A DNA stretch of 64,000 bases. Source: an uncultured Actinomycetes bacterium. Lineage in GTDB: Bacteria > Actinomycetota > UBA4738 > HRBIN12. Below are positions 50,717 to 58,331 of the stretch, piece after piece. The first letter of the stretch is position 1. Each line of letters starts with the position of its first letter. The notes beneath the pieces were generated by a model, which saw only the letters and a program-made list of their open reading frames with translations, was not told the DNA's origin and ran no database searches. The stretch lies in assembly GCA_963704885.1 (NCBI GenBank), contig CAVPIB010000007.1:32001-96000 (forward strand). The letters are read 5' to 3'. The translations under genes were made by a program, and so were the position numbers.

Positions 50717-51014
50717 GCTCACGGTGATCTGGTGGCGCGACATCCCGGCGCAGGTCGTGGCGAAGTCGGGACGTACGACTGCCCGTGTGCAACTGACGGA
50801 CCGGTTCCAGGAGGCGATCGACATGGCCGCGACCCGGGCCGGCCTGATCGGTACCGACGACTACCTGGCCGAGTGGCGCCGCGAGTCCCACCCCTGCGGC
50901 GACGATCTGGAGGCAGAGGCGGCCGCCGAGGCACATCGCCTGGAACAGACGTACGGCGACGCGGCGTTGGATGTCCTCACCAGGGCCGGCGGATCGGCCG
51001 AGGCGGGCTCGTGA
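50706..51014 (+). CDS. Small conserved protein of the so-called 'virulence factor' family found in corrinoid methyltransferase operons
   Basis: 'IWWRDIPAQV...RFQEAIDMAA...DDYLAEWR' signature. Confidence 0.78.
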   Translation: MAAELTVIWWRDIPAQVVAKSGRTTARVQLTDRFQEAIDMAATRAGLIGTDDYLAEWRRESHPCGDDLEAEAAAEAHRLEQTYGDAALDVLTRAGGSAEAGS

Positions 51015-51943
51015 CCGACACGGTCCTCAGCTCGGCGAGCCGCGAGGTCGTGATCGGCAGCGGCCGCCCGTTCGTGATCATCGGAGAGCGGATCAATCCG
51101 ACGGGGCGCAAGAAGCTCGCCGAGGAGATGAAGGCCGGCGACTTCTCGACCGTGGTGACCGACGCGCTTGCGCAGGTCGAAGCGGGCGCCCAGATGCTGG
51201 ACGTGAACGCCGGCATCCCGCTCGCAGATGAGCCGGCGATCCTGGCCGAGACGATCAAGCTGGTTCAATCGCTCACCGACGTGCCGCTGTCGATCGACTC
51301 GTCGATCGTTGCGGCGCTCGAGGCCGGCCTCGCCGTGTATCAGGGCAAGCCTCTCGTCAACTCCGTGACCGGCGAGGACGAGCGTCTGGAGCAGGTCCTG
51401 CCTCTCGTGGCCAAGTACGGCGCCGCCGTCGTAGCGATCACGAACGACGAGACCGGGATCAGCGAGGATCCCGACGTGCGCTTCGCGGTCGCGGAGAAGA
51501 TCGTCCAGCACGCCGCCGACCACGGGATCGGGCCCGAAGACATCGTGGTCGATCCGCTGGTGATGCCGATCGGCGCCATGGGGACCGCGGGCCGCCAGGT
51601 GTTCACGCTCGTCCGCCGGCTGAGCCAGGAGCTTGGCGTCAACACCACGTGCGGCGCATCCAACGTGAGCTTCGGCCTGCCCAACCGCAACGCGCTGAAC
51701 GGGGCGTTCCTGTCCATGGCGATCGCGTCGGGCATGACCTCGGCGATCACGAGTCCGCTGCACGAGGAGGTCCGCGCCGCGGTGATGGCGGCAGACGTGA
51801 TGATGGGCAACGACCAGGACTGCGGCGCGTGGATCGCGAGCTTCCGCGAGCAACCGGCCGGGGGTACGGGCGGACGGCGTGGCGGCCGTGAAGGACGCCG
51901 GCGGGCTGCGACCGAGGCAGGGGAGGCCTCGCCCCCGTCGTGA
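51011..51943 (+). CDS. Methyltetrahydrofolate:corrinoid methyltransferase (pterin-binding, MetH-folate/AcsE-like)
   Basis: IIGERINPTG, LDVNAG, LSIDS, VNSV, VDPL, GASNVSFG. Confidence 0.92.
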   Translation: MTDTVLSSASREVVIGSGRPFVIIGERINPTGRKKLAEEMKAGDFSTVVTDALAQVEAGAQMLDVNAGIPLADEPAILAETIKLVQSLTDVPLSIDSSIVAALEAGLAVYQGKPLVNSVTGEDERLEQVLPLVAKYGAAVVAITNDETGISEDPDVRFAVAEKIVQHAADHGIGPEDIVVDPLVMPIGAMGTAGRQVFTLVRRLSQELGVNTTCGASNVSFGLPNRNALNGAFLSMAIASGMTSAITSPLHEEVRAAVMAADVMMGNDQDCGAWIASFREQPAGGTGGRRGGREGRRRAATEAGEASPPS

Positions 51944-53978
51944 ACGCCGCGACCGACGCACTCGTCGTCTTCACGCCCTCGGGCCAGCGGGGGCGGTTCG
52001 CGCACGGGACGAACCTTCTCGACGCGGCTCGCGCTCTGGGCGTGGATCTGGACTCGGTCTGCGGCGGGCGCGGGATCTGTGGGCGCTGCCAGGTGGTCGT
52101 GGCCGAGGGCGAGTTCGCGAAGCACGCGATCACGTCCAGCGCGGAGCACCTGACGCCTTTCTCGGCACCGGAGCAGGCCTATCGAGACCGATCCGGTCTG
52201 GCGCCGGAGCGCAGATTGGGTTGCCATTCGCGCGTGCTCGGGGACCTGGTCGTGGACGTGCCGCCGGAGAGTCAGCTCCATCGACAGGTCGTACGGAAGG
52301 AGGCCGACGCCCACGCGATCGAGGTCGATCCGGTCGTTCGGCTGCATTACGTCGAGGTGCGCGAGCCGGACATGAGCGATCCGTCCGGCGATCTGGAGCG
52401 CGTGCTCGAGTCATTGGAACGAGATTGGTCGCTCACCGGGCTGGACTGCGACGACCATGTGCTCGCGGTCCTACAGCGAACCCTTCGCGCCGGCGACTGG
52501 ACGGCGACGGTCGCCGTGCACGACGGTTCGACGATCGTGGGTGTTTGGCCGGGGTTCCACGACCGCATGTTCGGTGTGGCCTTCGACGTGGGGTCGACCA
52601 CCGTGGCGGGACACCTGTGCGACCTGGCGAGCGGGGAGGTCCTGGCGTCGGCCGGCGCCATGAACCCGCAGATCCGGTTCGGCGAGGATCTGATGAGCCG
52701 TGTGTCCTACCTGATGATGAACCCAGGCTCGGAGGGCGAGCTGACGCGCGTGATCCGGTCGTGCGTGAACGAGCTGACCGCGGAGCTTTGCTCGCACGCC
52801 GGCGCCGACGCGACGGACATCCTGGCGCTCACCGTGGTCGGGAACCCGATCATGCACCATCTCTTCCTGGGCCTGGACCCGACCGAACTTGGCGGCGCGC
52901 CGTTCGCCCTGGCCACGGACGGCGCCGTGCACCGGCGGGCCTCTGAGTTCGATCTCCACGTGCACCCCGGCGCGCGTGTATACCTGTTGCCCTGCATCGC
53001 GGGTCATGTGGGTGCGGACACCGCAGGCGTGATCCTGTCCGAGGCGCCCTACGACCAGGAGACCGTGAACCTGATCGTCGATGTCGGGACCAACGCCGAG
53101 ATCGTATTGGGCAACCGCGATCGACTGCTGGCCGCGTCTAGCCCGACCGGCCCTGCGTTCGAAGGCGCTCAGATCAGCTGCGGTCAGCGGGCGGCGCCCG
53201 GCGCGATCGAACGCGTCCGGATCGATCCGGCGACGTTGGAGCCGCGATTCAAGGTGATCGGCAACGACGCGTGGTCTCGACGAAACTGGGTTCGACGCAT
53301 CGCAGGTCACGGGCGTGTGCGGCTCCGGGATCATCGAGGTCGTGGCCGAGATGTTCCTTGCGGGCATCCTCACCACCGACGGCGTGATCGACGGCGGGCT
53401 CGCCTCGCGGACCCCGCGCATCGTTTCCGACGACCGTACGTTCTCCTACGTGCTGCACGAGGGCACGCCCCACCTCGCGATCACGCAGCCGGACATCCGA
53501 GCCATCCAGCTCGCCAAGGCCGCGCTGTATGCGGGGTGCCGGTTGTTGATGGATCACCTCGGTATCGACCACGTCGATCGGATCCGGCTGGCCGGGGCTT
53601 TCGGCGCCCAGATCGATCCGGTGCACGCGCTGATCCTGGGCCTGGTCCCCGACTGCGACCCGTCGCACGTGACGTCCGCCGGCAACGCGGCGGGTACGGG
53701 AGCGCGGATCGCCCTGCTCAACCGTGCCGCGCGCGCCGAGATCGAGGGATGTCGTTCGTCGGGTGGAGAAGATCGAGACGGCCCTGGAGACGCGGTTCCA
53801 GGAGCACTTCGTGGGCGCCATGGGGATCCCACACACGACGGAGCCGTCTCCGCGGCTGGCCGAGGTCGTGGAGCTCCCCGCCCCGCGCACGTCGGGCGGC
53901 GTCACCGGGAACGACCGCCGGAGACGCCGCCGCGTGCCCACGCCCGCAGACGGCACCGACGGAAGGAGCACCGGATGA
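51940..53978 (+). CDS. ASKHA/DUF4445 reductive activator of corrinoid proteins (RACo); apparent 1-bp insertions near 53276 and 53747
   Basis: [2Fe-2S] CGGRGICGRC, DVGSTT, NPQIRFGEDLMSR, DVGTNAE, TGPAFEG; next frames give CGSG, QLAKAA, LAGAFG, GNAAG and KIETALETRFQ. Confidence 0.88.
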
Positions 53979-55519
53979 GCGACGAACCCAGGACCGGGCG
54001 AAGGACCGGCGGCCGCGCCGGGAGGCAGGCCGCCCGGCTGGCCGCGGCGCCGGAGCGTGTGCCGTTCATCACCCGGACCCTGCCGCCGTTCGAGGTGCTT
54101 GCCACCGAAGGGCTCGAGCTGATCGAGAACAACGCCGACACGATCTTGGAGCAGGTGGGGATCGACTTCCGCGGCGCACCCGACGCCTTGAAGCTGCTGA
54201 AGGAGGCCGGAGCCGACGTCGACGGCGAGCGCGTCAGGTTCCCTCGGGGGATGTGTCGCCAGCTGATCCAGGCGACCGCCCCGCCGGTGTTCACGCAGTA
54301 CGCGCGCAACCCCGCCAACAACGTCCAGATCGGCGGCGACGCCACGGTCCTGGCGCCCGCCTACGGCTCTCCGTTCGTCCGCGATCTAGACGGTGGACGC
54401 CGGTACGGCACGATCGAAGACTTCCGCAACTTCGTGAAGCTCGCGTACTCGACGCCGTACCTCCATCACTCCGGCGGGACGGTCTGCGAGCCGGTCGACC
54501 TGCCGGTGAACAAGCGGCACTACGACATGGTCTACGCGCACATGCGGTATTCGGACAAGCCGTTCATGGGCTCGGTGACGCATCCGCAGCGCGCCCAGGA
54601 CACGGTGGATATGGCCCGGATCCTCTTCGGTGAGGACTACCTGGAGGACCACACCGTTGTCATGAGCCTGATCAACGCGAACTCGCCACTCGTATGGGAC
54701 TCGACCATGCTGGGCGCCGCGCGCGCGTACGCGCAGGCGAACCAGGCTGTGATCATGACTCCGTTCATCCTGGCCGGGGCTATGAGCCCGGCCACGGTGG
54801 CAGGCGCCGCGGCGCAGACGCTCGCCGAGTCCATGGCCGGCATGACGTACGTGCAACTCGTCCGCCCCGGGGCGCCGGTGGTGTTCGGGTCGTTCGCGTC
54901 GTCGATGTCCATGCAGTCGGGCGCGCCGACGTTCGGCACGCCCGAGCCCGCGCTGGTGCTCTACATCCTGGCGGCGTGCGCACGGAGGCTGAACGTGCCG
55001 TTCCGCAGCGGCGGCTCCCTGTGCGGATCCAAGATCCCGGACGCACAGGCGGCGTACGAGTCGGCGAACACGCTGCAGCCAACCATCCTGGGCGGCGCGA
55101 ACTTCGTGCTGCACGCGGCGGGCTGGCTGGAAGGCGGGCTGACCATGGGTTACGAGAAGTTCGTGATGGACCTGGATCAGTGCGGCATGATGCATGCGTT
55201 CGCGAAGGGAGTGGACCTGTCGCCCAACGGCCAGGCGCTGGACGCCATCATCGAGAACGGACCCGGCCAGCATTTCCTGGGGACGGCTCACACCTTGGCC
55301 AACTTCGAGACAGCGTTCTACCGGTCGTCGATCGCCGACAACAACAGCTACGAGCAGTGGGAGGACGACGGCTCGCTCGACGCGACTCACAGATCCGATG
55401 CCATCTGGAAGAAGATGTTGGCCGACTACGAGCCACCGCCGATAGATGAAGCGGTGGATGCAGAGCTACGAGACTGGATCGAGCGGCAGAAGGCCTCCTT
55501 CCCCGACTCGAACGTGTAA
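53975..55519 (+). CDS. Non-pyrrolysine MttB-superfamily methyltransferase (glycine betaine:corrinoid MT, MtgB-like)
   Basis: CEPVDLP, SDKPFMG, NANSPL, GAMSPAT, GAPTFGTPE, SKIPDAQAAYES, HAAGWLEGG; no in-frame TAG. Confidence 0.92.
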   Translation: MSDEPRTGRRTGGRAGRQAARLAAAPERVPFITRTLPPFEVLATEGLELIENNADTILEQVGIDFRGAPDALKLLKEAGADVDGERVRFPRGMCRQLIQATAPPVFTQYARNPANNVQIGGDATVLAPAYGSPFVRDLDGGRRYGTIEDFRNFVKLAYSTPYLHHSGGTVCEPVDLPVNKRHYDMVYAHMRYSDKPFMGSVTHPQRAQDTVDMARILFGEDYLEDHTVVMSLINANSPLVWDSTMLGAARAYAQANQAVIMTPFILAGAMSPATVAGAAAQTLAESMAGMTYVQLVRPGAPVVFGSFASSMSMQSGAPTFGTPEPALVLYILAACARRLNVPFRSGGSLCGSKIPDAQAAYESANTLQPTILGGANFVLHAAGWLEGGLTMGYEKFVMDLDQCGMMHAFAKGVDLSPNGQALDAIIENGPGQHFLGTAHTLANFETAFYRSSIADNNSYEQWEDDGSLDATHRSDAIWKKMLADYEPPPIDEAVDAELRDWIERQKASFPDSNV

Positions 55520-55533
55520 CCGGAAGGAACCGA

Positions 55534-56409
55534 GTGGCCCTGACGCTTCGACGACGCAAGCAGCACGAGCCCACCCCAGATGAGCGGGGGGCGCTGGCGG
55601 CACTCGTCGCAGGAGCCAAGCTCGAGGTCATCCCGCTCCTGAACGCGCTCGGAACCTGCGAGGCCCTGCCACCCGGTTCGATGGTGACGGTCACCTCGTC
55701 TCCGAGCCACGGGATCGAGGCGACCGTCGAGCTGGCCGAGAAGCTCGCGACGCTCGGCCACACCGTCATCCCGCATCTGTCCGCGCACATGATCTGGACA
55801 CGCCAGCACCTCGAGGACCTGCTGGAGCGCCTGGCGGAAGGAGGCTTCCGTCGCGTGTTCGTCGTGGGCGGCGACGCCCAGGACCACGGCGACTTCCACG
55901 ACGGCCTGTCGTTGCTCCGCGCCATCGACGAGCTCGGCCGTCCGTTCGACGAGATCGGCGTGCCCTCCTACCCCGAGGGTCACCCCAGGATCTCCGACGA
56001 GCGGCTGCTGGAGGTCCTGCTCGAGAAGCAGCGGTACGCGTCGTACATGACCACGCAGATGAGCTTCAACCCGAGCGCCATCGCCGGGTGGATCGGCCGG
56101 ATGCGCGCCTCCGGGGTGACGCTACCGGTCCACATCGGCCTGCCCGGCGTCGCGGACCTCACCAAGCTCATGACGATCGCGGCTCGGATCGGCGTGGCCG
56201 ACTCGGCCCGCTACCTGAAGAAGAACCGCAACCTGATCGGCCAGGTGATCAAGGGTCGTTTCGGCCCCGACGCGCTGCTGCGGGAGCTGGCCCCGACCCT
56301 CGCGGATCCCGCGGCCGACGTCGCAGCGCTCCACGTCTTCACGTTCAACCAGGTCGAGAGAACCGTGGCCTGGCAGCGCGGCATGCTTGGCTCGCTGAGC
56401 ACGGGCTGA
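55534..56409 (+). CDS. metF: Methylenetetrahydrofolate reductase family protein
   Basis: PHLSA, VFVVGGD, YPEGHP, TQMSF, HVFTFN. Confidence 0.8.
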   Translation: MALTLRRRKQHEPTPDERGALAALVAGAKLEVIPLLNALGTCEALPPGSMVTVTSSPSHGIEATVELAEKLATLGHTVIPHLSAHMIWTRQHLEDLLERLAEGGFRRVFVVGGDAQDHGDFHDGLSLLRAIDELGRPFDEIGVPSYPEGHPRISDERLLEVLLEKQRYASYMTTQMSFNPSAIAGWIGRMRASGVTLPVHIGLPGVADLTKLMTIAARIGVADSARYLKKNRNLIGQVIKGRFGPDALLRELAPTLADPAADVAALHVFTFNQVERTVAWQRGMLGSLSTG

Positions 56410-56473
56410 GGGCTCGCGCGCACCGGGCCGCACCCCCGTAGGTGCCCAGAGTGAGGCGAGGCGAAGCGTCTCC

Positions 56474-57244
56474 TCAAGGCTTCACGGCGCGGATCGGGTA
56501 CCCGTAGGTTCCGAACTGCCGGGCCTGGTCTTCACCGCCGGCTCCGCCGAACGTGTCAACGATGGGTCCGAACTCCACCTCGGTGAGGCCCGCGCCCTGG
56601 ATCACCGTCACCCACCCTGCGCACGGCAGGGCACCTGCTATTCAGCCGGTCCAAAGATCGATGTCGCTGAGCGCGGACTCAGGGACGGGTTCCTCGACGC
56701 AGATGTCAGCGATCTGGGCGCGACCGCCTGGCTTCAGGACCCGGGCGATCTCCCGGTAGGCGCCGAGCTTGTCCGGGACGAGGTTGATCACCCCGTTCGA
56801 GATAACGACATCTGCCCATCCGTCGTCCACAGGGAGCTTCTCGGCGAAACCGTCGCGGAACTCGACGTTTGGGATCTCAGCCTCTTCGGCACCCTCCCGA
56901 GCCCGCTCGAGCATCTCGGGCGTCATGTCGACGCCGACGACGCGCCCTTCGACGCCGACGGCGTTGGCCGCGACCATGGCGTCCATGCCGGTTCCTGAGC
57001 CGACGTCGACGACGCGCTCCCCGGGCCGGGGCAAGCCCCAATGGAACGGGTTGGCTACGCCGGCGAACGACGCGATCGAGGACTTCGGGAGCCCTTCCAA
57101 CCACTCGTCCAGATAGCCCGCATTAGCCGCTGCGCGGAGACCGGTATGGAAATGGAACGTGGCGTCAGGGTGCTCGACGACCTCCACGTACTTGGTCCGG
57201 ATCTCATCGCGCAGCTTGGCGACGTCCACCGCGATCCCGGCCAT
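56474..57244 (-). CDS. ArsM-like SAM-dependent methyltransferase, probable selenoprotein (TGA 56642-56644 = Sec201; 256 aa)
   Basis: VVDVGSGTGMD, GVDMTPEM, ISNGVINL, LKPGG, then LWTG-TGA-IAGAL and 55 open codons in total to the TGA at 56474; GAGGAG RBS before ATG 57244. Confidence 0.85.
56614..56632 (-). promoter_or_regulatory. Putative bacterial SECIS element
   Basis: mRNA GCCCUGC-CGUGC-GCAGGGU; Watson-Crick stem starts +11 and the GU-containing loop starts +17 after the UGA. Confidence 0.7.
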
Positions 57245-57256
57245 GGTCTTCACTCC

Positions 57257-57622
57257 TCACGCGAACGCCACGGTCTTGGCGCCCGCCACGACCTCCTCGA
57301 CCACCTTGGCCGCGCCGACGATGATAGACCCCTTGCGCACCTGCTCTTCGCCGATGCCCCTGGGCTTCGCGCAAGCCCCACAGATCCAGACCGTGCCGCC
57401 GTTGTCCACGAACTCCTGGTAGAGGTCGTCCAGGACGGGCAGTCCCGGCTGGGCGATGCCGTCCGTTCCGTCCGTGGTCCCGAGCCAAACGGCCTCGATC
57501 GTGCAGAGGACCACTGCTTCTTGCCCGGCCGTCGCTGCGATGTTTGCTGCCACGAAGGGGAGCGTCGCCCGCTCTGGTTCCTCCTTGCCGTACGTGCAGT
57601 TGAAGATCAGCTTCTCGCTCAT
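57257..57622 (-). CDS. DsrE/DsrF-like protein
   Basis: TYGKEEPERATLPFVAA, CTIEAV, ICGACAKPRG, IVGAAKV. Confidence 0.88.
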   Translation of the reverse strand: MSEKLIFNCTYGKEEPERATLPFVAANIAATAGQEAVVLCTIEAVWLGTTDGTDGIAQPGLPVLDDLYQEFVDNGGTVWICGACAKPRGIGEEQVRKGSIIVGAAKVVEEVVAGAKTVAFA

Positions 57623-57624
57623 CC

Positions 57625-58266
57625 TCACCGTCTCCTTTCCACCGTCATCAGGAGGCGTCCGTCATCGGGCGTCTCTATCGATCGAACCTCATGTCCCATC
57701 ATCCGGGCCAGCGGAGGCAGATCCTCTTTCGCCGCGGGATCACGCGCGGTCACCACGAGCACGTCGCCGACCGGGATCGCTCCGATCCGCCGACGGAACT
57801 CCGTGGCCAGGCCGTCAGCGCACCCGAGGTCGCCCGCGTCGTAGGGATGGGCGCCGCTCGACTCATCTCCAGGCCCCATGACCGGAAGGAAGCCCGAGCA
57901 CAGGAGATCGATCCCTTCTAGGCGCCCGTCCGGCGCGACGTCGGCCACCACATGTTGCTCGATCACCTGCCAACCGTCGGCATCGTGGAGGCTGAACCGG
58001 TACGTGAGCACCAGCCGGTCCGCCACGGTTCCGACGTTCGAGGACTCGAGGCGCAGCTCGTCGACGTCTCCGTACCAGCCGACGAACGCCTCAACCGCTT
58101 CGGCGACTCCCGAGTGAGCTTGCGGTCCTTTGGGCAGGAGCAGTCGGAACCGCACGTCGTCGGCGATCAGCGCGTGGAACCTCACGAAGTCGCGATCCGC
58201 AAGGGCCTTGACGAAAGCCTCCCCAACCTTCTGCATGAGGTCTTCGGAGGTCGTTGCGATGGTCAT
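57625..58266 (-). CDS. SnoaL/NTF2-like domain fused to TusA-like sulfur carrier
   Basis: N-part 'FVKALADRDF...IADDVRFR..LP...IEQH...IDLLCSGF'; C-part 'YDAGDLGC...GDVLVVTARDPAAKEDLP...GHEV'. Confidence 0.8.
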   Translation of the reverse strand: MTIATTSEDLMQKVGEAFVKALADRDFVRFHALIADDVRFRLLLPKGPQAHSGVAEAVEAFVGWYGDVDELRLESSNVGTVADRLVLTYRFSLHDADGWQVIEQHVVADVAPDGRLEGIDLLCSGFLPVMGPGDESSGAHPYDAGDLGCADGLATEFRRRIGAIPVGDVLVVTARDPAAKEDLPPLARMMGHEVRSIETPDDGRLLMTVERRR

Positions 58267-58299
58267 GAGGCGACGATAGGCAGAGCGCGCCCGTGCCAC

Positions 58300-58317
58300 A
58301 TGAGGCGTCTACCCCAT
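58300..58317. promoter_or_regulatory. Imperfect inverted repeat upstream of the SnoaL-TusA promoter (candidate LuxR-type operator)
   Basis: ATGAGG-CGTCTA-CCCCAT lying in the -35 region of a TATCGT -10 (58273-58278, minus strand). Confidence 0.45.
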
Positions 58318-58331
58318 CTTTGGGGCGGATA

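Noticed and set aside
50706-51014. Real virulence factor
   Set aside because: The family name is only a label. The gene is embedded in a corrinoid methyltransferase operon.
53315-55519. Apparent RACo-MttB fusion (734 aa) and 897-aa RACo ORF
   Set aside because: Both result from two 1-bp insertions. The true RACo C-terminus lies in the third frame, ending at 53978 and overlapping the MttB ATG.
53975-55519. Pyrrolysine-containing MttB
   Set aside because: There is no in-frame TAG, Leu appears at the equivalent site, and no pyl genes are present.
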